Shown: piece by piece, positions 52,339-64,000 of the stretch
Layout: every line of letters begins with the position of its first letter
Position numbering within the stretch: position 1 is the stretch's first letter
The notes under the pieces: generated by a model
Seen by the model: only the letters and a program-made list of their open reading frames with translations
What the model was told of the DNA's origin: nothing
Databases searched by the model: none
Source of the DNA: Octopus vulgaris
Taxonomy: Eukaryota
Reading direction: 5' to 3'
Length of the DNA stretch: 64,000 nt
NCBI GenBank assembly: GCA_951406725.2
Contig: OX597818.1
Span: forward strand, 108,128,001-108,192,000
Made by a program: the position numbers and the translations under genes

Positions 52339-53589
52339 ATGAAAGATGAATGTGCAAAGGTTTTGCTTAACAAGTTACAGAGTGTTGTTTCTATAACAGC
52401 AGATGACGTCAGAGAGGAGAGAAAAGTCACTGTCAGCCACTTCAGAATTCCTCACTTTGAAACAACCTGCTGATACAAGAGCAACTGCAGCAGCAGCAGC
52501 AGCAAGAAGAAGAAGAGAAAAGATGAGAAGACAAAGAGGACGTTTGTTCAATTTCAACGAAGATACCGTCTAAGTTTGACGCCTTCGAAGTCAAAGAGCA
52601 TTGGTAGTAGAACCAACAAAAAATGGTAGCAGCATCTGTGTTGGTGCCGAAATAATATAACGAAATGATTGTATACAGTGCTCAGGTGCACCACAACCTG
52701 ACAGATCTATTTACCCAGCTATGTCTACCATAGATGCAAAGAAACGGTCAACTGAAAATATAAGGCAGTTGATTGTATCTTGCTATTTCTAGAATAGTCC
52801 AAAGTTGCCGCTTAGCTTCTTGTTTTGTTATTTTACTTTGTAAGCTTTTGTGATCAGGCAGTCATGATGCAGAGCTAAAATCAGATTTTCCATTTCTCAT
52901 TTCTGTTATAGAGAATGTTTGAACAATCTTTGGATTAACGATTGACTTCATCTGTCTTCACTCTTACTGGATACAAATCATCAAGAGATAATAATTCTCT
53001 CCATTTTCTTTGGATTTCTTTTTTTTTTTTAATTCTGCCTTGTTTTTATTTGTTTCCTGCCTTTTCCATTGTTCTTATTTAATCTCTTCGTCTCATTGTA
53101 ATTTGCTTCTTGTTTGTATTTTATTTCTTACTTCCTTCAGATTAGTTTTTTCTCCATGCTTCCTCATCAATACTAATCACTCACTTTAGCCTGACTTAGA
53201 ATTTTTTTTTGACCTACTTCCCTTCCTTTGTTATTCTTTTCTTTGCTGGCGACCCCTTTCTCCTTGTAAGGTGTATTATTTGTGATCAAGGTAGTGTGAA
53301 TACATTTCTAACTGACAGTATTAAAACTCTGAGAAAAATAATTAAAAAAAAAGAACCCAACTAATTATGCAGTAATGAAGACAGACCAAAAATATTTTCA
53401 TTTTGAGGTGATTAACTGGCTGAATCATAATTGTGCCAAGAAACATGCTTAAAATTGTTTCTCCCAACTTCAGGGTCCACAGAATAAGAACTAGCTGAGC
53501 TCTGGGGTCAATGTAATCGACTTACCCCAGCTCCCGAAATTGCTGGCCTTGTGCCAAAATTTGAAACCATTCTTGTTGTTGTTGCTGTT

Positions 53590-53760
53590 AGGCAGCAACC
53601 TAGCAGAAGCGTTAGCATTGCCAGGCAGAATGCTTAGCAGCATCCGTCTTTACGTTCTGAGTTCAAATTCCTCCAAGATCTACTTTGCCTTTCATCCTTT
53701 CTGGGCCAATGAAATAAGTACCAGTTGAATACTGAGGTGGGGGTGGGGGTTAATGCAATC
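53590..53760 (+). mobile_element. SINE family B
   Basis: Head plus central domain; closely similar to 59120-59280. Confidence 0.75.
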
Positions 53761-53774
53761 AGCTACAGAAACAT

Positions 53775-54600
53775 TATTATTATTTCTATTTGTCTCAGGT
53801 TCTGTTGAAACTCCTGGAGTCTTGCATGCATAGCAGCCTACGGTACCATACTATCTGTTCTTTTCAGCTCTCTAATACTTTCCTGATTATTCTGGCCATG
53901 CCAAGGAAGCAAACCTTTTGCAACAGTTCTACTGGGCACTCTATTCCAATTTCCTTTATATTCTTCTTGATACCTTCTGATATTATTCCCAAAGACCCAA
54001 CAATAATTGGCACTATCTTCACCTTCTTCATTTTCTATAGCTGGGCTATTTCATACTTAAAAGGATTGTATGTATATTTTTTGCCTTCCTTCTTGACAAT
54101 TCGTGGGTCAAAGGGGAACAAAACATCAACTATATAGCACATATGGTGCATCTTGTTGATCACTACTAGGTCCGGTCTGTTATGCTCTAGCACCTGTTGT
54201 GTTTGGATTGAGAAATCCAGACGATTTTGAAAGTCTCCAATTCTGCCAGTCTCTGCAGTTTGTTCTCATACCACGTCTTGCCTCCCTATAGCCCCCACTT
54301 TGCACAGTTTCAAATGTAACATGTTCACCACCTGATCATGTCGCCACAACTTGTAATGGTTTGGGGCAAGTCTAGGGCATTCTTTCATGATATAGGCAAT
54401 GGTTTCATTCACTCTATTGCAGATGCAGCACAACAGAGACACTTGCTCATTCCTAAAGTTGACCCTCCAGTTTGTGGCCAAGGCTTGATCTTGTGCTGCC
54501 GCTATAGTACTCTCAGTCTCTCTTTTTCAGTGATCCTTTCTTCATCCAATCTCATCTATTTTTTCCAGCAACCACTGAACATTTTTCTTGTGTGTGTGTG
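53775..54600 (-). mobile_element. R4/Dong-like LINE 3' remnant (CCHC knuckle + RLE endonuclease)
   Basis: LCCICNRVNETIAYIMKECP..HYKLWRHDQV; RPDLVV; IIVGSLG. Confidence 0.8.
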
Positions 54601-54631
54601 GTTTTTTTTTGTGAACTTTCTTCTTCTTCTT

Positions 54632-56000
<1,369 letters not shown>

Positions 56001-56050
56001 CTGTCATTATTTTCTTATTTTCCTGTATATTTTGGTTATGATGATGATAC

Positions 56051-56117
<67 letters not shown>

Positions 56118-56130
56118 CATAATAATAATA

Positions 56131-56192
<62 letters not shown>

Positions 56193-56500
56193 CATTATTA
56201 TTATATTATTATTATTATTATTATCATTATTATTATTATTATCATTATTATTATTATTATTATCATTATTAATAATGATGATTATTATTGTTATTATTAT
56301 TATGTTTTTTCCTTCTTTCTTCAAATTTTCTTCTGTTTCTTGCCGAATGTTTTCCATACACCTAGGGCAGACAAGCTCATTGTATGCATTCCCAGATTAC
56401 ACATGCAAATTCACAGATAAAATATGTATTTGAAAATGAATAAATAAATAAATTCATGGATGGATGTTGTTTTCACAGTGATAATACTGTGATTATTATA

Positions 56501-56554
<54 letters not shown>

Positions 56555-57364
56555 TTTATTATCATTATTATTATTATAGTTGCTTGCTAGTGTTCAAGAT
56601 CCACTGTATCTTTCATCTTTCCAAGGTTGAAAAACTAATTAGCAATCAGATTCAACAGGCAATTAAATCAATTACATCTTCCACTGAATGAAAGACTTTG
56701 TGCAACTAAACTTAGAAATCACTAACCACAACAACTGAAGCATCAGACACCAAAGCATAAAAAAAAAACTCCAGTCCTTCTCGACATTAAATTATGAAAA
56801 GGAAAACAACATTGAATTCATGAAATATACAAGAAAATATATAAAATCACAAAAATGAGAAAAAAGTGATCAGTTTGAGGAACTCATCCCCAAATCCCAG
56901 CAAATTGAGATTCCTGCTGGAAACATCATCAGAAGTCTGTGTCTGATGTGAGAAATTATTACGACAGAGAAAACAAAAACCATTTCACGAGGCCTTTCAA
57001 GGAAACTCTCCCCCTAAAAGAACCAGATTAATCAGTCTGTGAGACGAAGATATGCAACCTCACTTACTGCACAAAGCCATGCCAAAAGTTGGTTCCAGAA
57101 ATGCATGTGACTGGTGGTTGGCCTGAAAGCAAGATTAGTTGATTAATGTCTTTGGATTAAAGGATTTGGATTTGGTGGCATCAGTGAAATCAGGCTCCCG
57201 AGGATGCTCGGACTTAACAGGAATTGTAAGACATCTTTTGTTTGGCTTAGAATGAAAAGATATTTTTTTCAGATAGGCCTGGATCTGAAGGTACAGATGA
57301 TCTTTCTGAACTTGGATTGTGAGTCAGTGATCCTGGACATCATCTGGACATGGAGAGTCACTTG

Positions 57365-58095
57365 TAGAGAGTCTTGAAACATTCATTGAGAATGTATTTG
57401 TTGAAATTCATACGGGTTGCAAATTTTGGCACAAAACAATTAGTGTCCAAGTGGTATTTATTTTATGGACTCCTAAAAGGAAGAAAGGCCACGTCGACCT
57501 CAGCAGAATTTGAACTCAGAATGTAAAGATGGACAAAATGCTGATAAACATTTCGTCCTATGTGCTAACAATTCTGCCAGCTCGCAGCCTTTTTTCTTGA
57601 AATATATATTGGTTGCAAATATATTGAGTGACAGACGAATTAGTGAAAAGATATATTTGTAAAAAAAGGAATTGGTTGCAAGACATATTGACTGAAACCA
57701 GAGTCAGACTGGAGGTGGAAAAACTGTCAAAATATTAATATTTTTCAACTTTATGTGTAAAATCATTATAAATTATAATTATGAATATAATAATTTTTAA
57801 CACTGTTACATTAAACTGATTAGTAATCAAATCTCAATTCAGTAAATATCAATTTGTATCCGGAAATAAACTGAAAATATTATTTATTTTATAATTTATT
57901 ATCATTTTAAATTTCAATAAGTTGCTTACAAAAATGAAAATGGCTTTCAGTATTTTCGATGAATCTGCCTTTTGATGAATTTGGTATTGATTAATATGTT
58001 TCCAATCAATTTTTCTTTTGACCAACATGTCTTTCTATCAATAAATGTTTGATCAATTTGTCTTTTCAATAAATACATTTTCAATAAATGTATCT
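57365..58095. mobile_element. Foldback-like element with inverted arms of ~15-bp subrepeats, interrupted by insertions
   Basis: Right arm 57946-58095 has TYGAYCAAWWTGTYT-like periodicity; complementary periodic units at 57365-57425 and 57595-57697. Confidence 0.45.
57445..57592 (-). mobile_element. SINE family B
   Basis: Reverse-complement head and central domain. Confidence 0.75.
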
Positions 58096-58609
58096 TATCT
58101 TCTTCTAAAGACCTTCCTTCAATCTGCTTTGAAAAAGGACGACATATTTTCTCTGTCTGGAAGTTTTGCTCAAAGAGATTGTAGAAGGTGAGTATGGAGA
58201 GATAAGTGCTGTGCTTAATCAAATTTGATGGAAAATGATTGCATATACAACTGATGTGTACGAGAGGGCCAGTGTTTCAATTTTGGTCAGTTTGCAGTTA
58301 GGTGAGAGCAAGTTTGCTCAGGGAAGATGGTTAGTTTGCTCTAATTCTGCCAAGGTGGCATTCCCTGCACTGCAGCTGTGCTTTTATTTCTATAGTACCA
58401 CATAAATTTTTCATTGGTTTTTATAAAATTCACATTCGCTCCTCCCCTGTGCATTCTGTAAGTAGATTTTGTTCAAAACATTTTGTATCTCTCTGTGAAA
58501 CACTGACAGCCAAATTAATAATTGGTGTTGCATTTGCTGTTGTTGCTAATATTCTTCTTCTTCTTCTTCTTCTTCTTCTTATTCTTCTTATTATTATTAT
58601 TATTATTAT

Positions 58610-58823
58610 TACTCTTTACTCTTTTACTTGTTTCAGTCATTTGACTGCAGCCATGCTGGAGCACCACCTTTAGTCGAGCAAATCGACCCCGGGACTTATT
58701 CTTTGTAAGCCCAGCACTTATTCTATCGGTCTCTTTTGCCGAACCGCTAGGTGATGGGGACATAAACATACCAGCATCAGTTGTCAAGCAATGCTAGGGG
58801 GACAAACACAGACACACAATCAT

Positions 58824-58866
<43 letters not shown>

Positions 58867-59031
58867 TACGATGGGCTTCTTTCAGTTTCCGTCTACCAAA
58901 TCCACTCACAAGGCATTGGTCAGCCCGGGGCTATAGCAGAAGACACTTGCCCAAGATGCCATGTGGTGGGACTGAACCCGCAACCATGTGGTTTGTTAGC
59001 AAGCTACTTACCACACAGCCACTCCTGCACC

Positions 59032-59032
<1 letters not shown>
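58610..59032 (-). mobile_element. SINE family A, full length
   Basis: Near-identical to 13010-13427; inserted in (TAT)n. Confidence 0.92.
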
Positions 59033-59085
<53 letters not shown>

Positions 59086-59104
59086 CATTATTATTATTAT
59101 TGAA

Positions 59105-59360
59105 CGTAGTGAGCTGACAGAATTCTTGTTGTTGTTGCTGTTAGGCAGCAACCTGGCAGAAGCGTTAGTATTGCCAGGCAGAATGCTTAGCAGCATCCGT
59201 CATCATGTTCTGAGTTCAAATTCCACCAAGGTTGATTTTGCTTTACGTCTTTTCAGTGTCGATAAAATAAATACCAATAGAGCACACCAGGAGCTATGTC
59301 CATCACTATGCACCTCCCTTCTTTTCTTGCTGGTCTTGTGTCAAAATCGGAAACCATTAT
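59105..59360 (+). mobile_element. SINE family B
   Basis: Head plus central domain. Confidence 0.7.
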
Positions 59361-59873
59361 TATTTTTACTATCATTATCATCATCATCGTCATTGTCATC
59401 ATCATCATCAGCAGCAGCAGCAGCAGTAGCAGCAGCAGTGGTGGCGGCAGCGGCGGAGGTGGTGGTGTTGGTTGCGGCGGTGGTGGTTGGTGGGCAACTA
59501 ATAATCATGAAATTAGTTGTTTTACTCTTTTTTTTTCCATTCTTTTTTCCTTCTCTGCAAAATACTCTCCACACCTAGATTAAAGCTAATTATAACATTT
59601 GACAATATCCAGAATAAAATTTTAAAAAGCATACACAAGAAAAAAAAAAAGAAAAACATACATATTCACATTTATTTCCTAGTGTTACTTTGAAAATTTA
59701 TTTTTACAATTTCAACTTTTCGTAATATAAAACTAATAATAATTAAGAGTGGTAACTAGTTTGATTTTGATGAAATAAAAAATATCATAAGATTGATTAG
59801 AAAATATATAAAAAAAAAATACAACAAACAAAATGACATATTCTTTTATTCAAAGAATCAAAAGATAAGAATC

Positions 59874-59912
<39 letters not shown>

Positions 59913-60059
59913 TCACAGACAAAATGGAATAATAATGGCAAAGAAAGAAAAGAAACGGTAAAAATAACAACACATAATGTGTATTGATGTTTAATTACCA
60001 GGAGGCTGGAGAGAAATTCTATATATGGTTGTGAGTAATAACGAAGGGATATGATGAGA

Positions 60060-60093
<34 letters not shown>

Positions 60094-60703
60094 CGACGAC
60101 GACGACAATGATGATGATGATGAGAACGACAACAATGTTGACAACAATGATGACAGTTGTGGTGGTGGTGATGCTGATGATGATCCTGTGATAGAGTGGT
60201 GTAGAGGTAGGTAAATGTGATGAGGAAGAACAGGATAATGATGCGGAAGAGAAAGAAAGTGGAAGGAAAAGAGAGGGAAGAAAGGGAGGAGGGAGAAGAA
60301 GAGGAGGAGGAGGAGGTTGTGGTGGTGGTGGTGGAGGAGGAGGAGGTGTTGGTGGTGGTTGTGGTGGAGGAGGAGGAAAAGGAGGAGGTTGCTTACAGTC
60401 AATTCTGCTGTTTGGGTCCAAAACAACACAATACAACTTTAAAGGAATTTATTCCTGGATGATGATAAACCACCGATTCTGCTGCTTAAGCAGCACATTA
60501 AGTATGGAATAACAAGAAGCATATTTACTTTTTAGAAAGAGTTGTAGGTGATCTGGTCTTATCCTGTCTATTGTGTCTTGTGGAATTCTGCTGAAGAGAT
60601 AGAACAAGACGAGAGAGAAGAGAAGACATCGAGTAGAACAGAAAGTCATTGAAGAAACCACAGAATATGTGATGAAAGAAATCTAACAAATAAGCTAATG
60701 ATG

Positions 60704-60755
<52 letters not shown>

Positions 60756-60763
60756 CGATAATG

Positions 60764-60796
<33 letters not shown>

Positions 60797-60805
60797 GTAA
60801 TAGTA

Positions 60806-60847
<42 letters not shown>

Positions 60848-60849
<2 letters not shown>

Positions 60850-61238
60850 CACAGATTTGCTTGTCAGTTGTTTGACCGTAACCAGTGGAGCATGTCCCTT
60901 AGTGGCTGACGATATGTGCATCTCTGATCACAAGCAGAAGTAGTGGGGCAGCATCATAGCCATGTGTTGAGAAGGATTCTTTGGGGTTTGAATAATTCAC
61001 CTCTGGAAACATGGGTGGTTTTTTTCAACATCCTTAAACAACCCTTATTCAGGGACCGTTTGAGCAGGATGGGCTACTCAACCTGAAGGAAATTCTAACT
61101 GGGCCTCGCCTGCAAGGTCATGTGCTGTTTATCTTGATATGAGATCACCATGTCGCGCACATATGGTTGTGATGCATGTGCCTGGTGTACCCTTATCAGA
61201 CGGGTAGTCATGATGGGTATATTGGGCTTCATATATTC
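60848..61238. mobile_element. Unclassified ~390-bp insertion between (AAT)n and (GAT)n tracts
   Basis: Non-microsatellite block with sharp edges within the LINE nest; no recognisable ORF. Confidence 0.45.
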
Positions 61239-61245
61239 AATAATA

Positions 61246-61304
<59 letters not shown>

Positions 61305-61354
61305 GGTGGTGGTGGTGGTGGTGGTGGTGGTGGTGGTGGTGGTGGTGGTGGTGG

Positions 61355-61387
<33 letters not shown>

Positions 61388-61392
<5 letters not shown>

Positions 61393-62530
61393 GGAGCAGG
61401 AATTATAAAATAGCAAAAGAGAGAAGTGAAGAAAATGGATAGTGAGACTGGAAAAATGTTGACAGTCATGGAGCCTTCGACCCTAAGAATGATACTGATA
61501 GGTTGTACTTGTCCAGAAGAAAGGGTGGGAGAAGTTTGACCAGTTGCCAGAACTGTATTGAAGCAGAGGAAAACAGCCTTGGGTTGTATATAAAAAATGC
61601 TGTGGAGACACTGTTGAGACACGAAGAAAGCCAGCATCATCAAAATTGAAAATTGCGTAACTCAAGAAAAATTTAAGCAAGAAATGAACAAAAAAAATGG
61701 GAGAAAGCATGGAAGGAAAGGAAAATGTATGGTCAGTTTTCCAAGACAGATACAGAGGACCAGAGGTTGTGGATGAGGTGGAGTGACCTGAAGATAGAGA
61801 CAGAAGCACAGTTCAGGAACAAGTGTTAAGGACTAATTATATGAAGTGCAGTATAGACAACACTACCGATAGTGACAAATGCAGAATGTGTGGTGAGAAG
61901 GATGAAACAGTATGGCACATTGTTAGCGAATGCCCGAAATTGGCATAATACAAAAACAAAAGATGCCATGACAATGTGGCAAGAATGATCCATTGGGAAC
62001 TCTGTGAAAATCACGACCTACAAAGAGCAAACATGTGGTATCAACAAACCCCAGAAGGAGTCTCCCCAAAAATGAGAATTGCAAAATCCTGTGGGATGCA
62101 ATGATTAGCTGAGCAGACATCGGAAACCAGACATTGTTGTGGTGAATAAAAAAGGAAGAACATGTATAATAGTTGACATGATAAGCCCCAGTGACCACAG
62201 GATCGATGTGAAAGAAGAAAAAATAAACACCTATGACAATTTAAAGTGAGAAATACGAAGGTTGTTGTCAATGAAGGGAGAAGACGTGATACCAATAGTA
62301 ATTGGTGCACTTGGAAGTATCAACCCTCAACTACCAACATGGCTGAAAAGGATTGGTGCAAGCGTGAAGGTAGGACACCTACAAAAATCAGCATTGCTTG
62401 GGACTATAAGAATTCTTTGCTGAGTTCTTGAAGCATGACCAGTAAAGAAGTTTCACCTTAGTCTGTTGGCTGTGGACAGCCAACACTTTCCATCATACCC
62501 AGCAAAATAAGCTGTGAGTTTTCCTCACAT
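61388..62530 (+). mobile_element. R4/Dong-like LINE 3' remnant
   Basis: AQEQ.LRTNY, KCRMCGEKDETVWHIVSECP, RHDNVA, KILWD, KPDIVV, PIVIGALG; (AAT)n tail. Confidence 0.85.
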
Positions 62531-62563
62531 AATAATAATAATAACAATAATAACAACAACAAC

Positions 62564-62610
<47 letters not shown>

Positions 62611-62629
62611 TAATTATAATAATAATGAT

Positions 62630-62950
62630 AATGCAAAAAGGAAGCAAGAAAAGTCGATAAGTATGACAGATTAGCTTGGAAAGTTAAGCAGTTGAGGTCG
62701 ATGAAAAGGATGGTAGTAGTACCAATAATTGTCGGAGCCCTGGGAACAGTGAGTAAAAATCTTGAGAAGTACGTGGAACAAATAGGGGCTGCAATAAGGA
62801 TGGAGCACTTTAGAAAACAGCACTGCTTCAAACCACGAACCACTCGAATACTCTGGAAGGGGCTCAAAAATTAAGAGGTGTTACCTTAGTTCACTGGTAG
62901 TGAACAGCTGATACCGTAGTACATTTCCAGCATTAGAAGCCGAGCAAAGG
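62630..62950 (+). mobile_element. R4/Dong-like LINE extreme 3' fragment
   Basis: KVDKYDRLAWKVK..VVVPIIVGALGTVSKNL; followed by (AAT)n. Confidence 0.8.
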
Positions 62951-62951
62951 C

Positions 62952-63049
<98 letters not shown>

Positions 63050-63519
63050 TGATGATGATGATGAAGATGATAAAGCTAGAGTGATGATCAAATAAACAGT
63101 GCCTTTGTTTATTGGCAAAAGATGATCATCTCCAAATATGACAAAATCTGGTTCAACACCCAATTTCACATCAATAATCTTGCAAAAGAAACAGAGAGAC
63201 AGAGCTTCCATTTCGTTCGTTTTAGTTGAGTTTTTATCTTCGTATGGAATGGTGGCAATTGAAACACTTGTAGTCCTGTGTTGATTGTGCTATACTGCTC
63301 TGGATTGATCAGTTCACAGCAGTATCTATAATCCTGAAATATTAAGACCCAACATTGAAAGAACTTAGAAGAAAATCCCAAAATAATGCATTTAACTATA
63401 AAATATTGGAAAGATTTCGATAACCATTCAGTGATGTAGACATGACACATCCAGGGTTTGTATTTTGGACACATCAGAATGGAATGGTTATTAATCTGTA
63501 GCACATCTGTTTCCTTAAT

Positions 63520-63762
63520 CTATGTATCTATCTTTCTATCCATTCATCTATCCATCTATCTCCCTCTATCAATGTATTTCTCTATCTCTCTCTCTTGTTC
63601 TCTCTCTTTGTCTATCTATCCATCATCTATTTATCTACCTACTATCTACATATCTATCTTTCTATCTATCCATATTTATATCTATCAACATACCTATCTA
63701 TATTTTTATCTATCTGTCTGTCTGTCTATTTATCTATCTATCAATCTATCTATCTATTTATC
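63520..63762. repeat. Degenerate (TCTA)n
   Basis: Direct reading. Confidence 0.85.
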
Positions 63763-64000
63763 CTTCCCTCCATTTTGCAACCCATCATTCATTGCAACCA
63801 TTGCCTCTCCTCTCCCTGCTTCCTCATCTCTTTCATCTCATCCTTTCTGAACCTGGCAGTTAAAGTTGTCAGAGATGTTGCTTTTTTCTTTCCTCAACTC
63901 ACAGTTTACAGAATGTTTCCTCTAATGTGTCACTCCTCTCTTCAACTTATCTTATTCCTATTGTTTAAATCAAATATATATATATATATATATGCATACA

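Noticed and set aside
56700-57360. Possible LINE N-terminal fragment (and a LINE-like stretch at 63080-63500)
   Set aside because: Only faint motif resemblance; needs a profile search

Overview
Gene-poor, AT-rich eukaryotic DNA, probably intergenic or intronic, made almost entirely of microsatellites and transposable-element remnants. The SINE families and repeat density resemble an Octopus (cephalopod) genome; this is an inference from recall, not a database search. No host exon could be supported, and nearly all ORFs in the supplied track are microsatellite translations or TE fragments. Recognisable content: five mariner (DD34D) elements, one near full length with perfect 34-bp TIRs; tandem piggyBac-type MITEs; a nest of R4/Dong-like LINE remnants in (AAT)n at 53.8-63 kb; a CR1/Jockey-like LINE remnant; several Penelope-like element (PLE) remnants (RT and GIY-YIG); and at least five SINE families. 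The most interesting signal is about a dozen minimal type I hammerhead ribozyme (HHR) motifs from several short non-coding repeat families. Most lie next to (TA)n tracts and have palindromic, dimer-type stem III. Some carry family-fixed core variants (CUGUNGA, CCGACGA) or long stem II insertions, and some sit in inverted-duplicated units. One HHR is joined to a tRNA-derived Pol III head, suggesting a ribozyme-bearing SINE possibly mobilised by PLEs.
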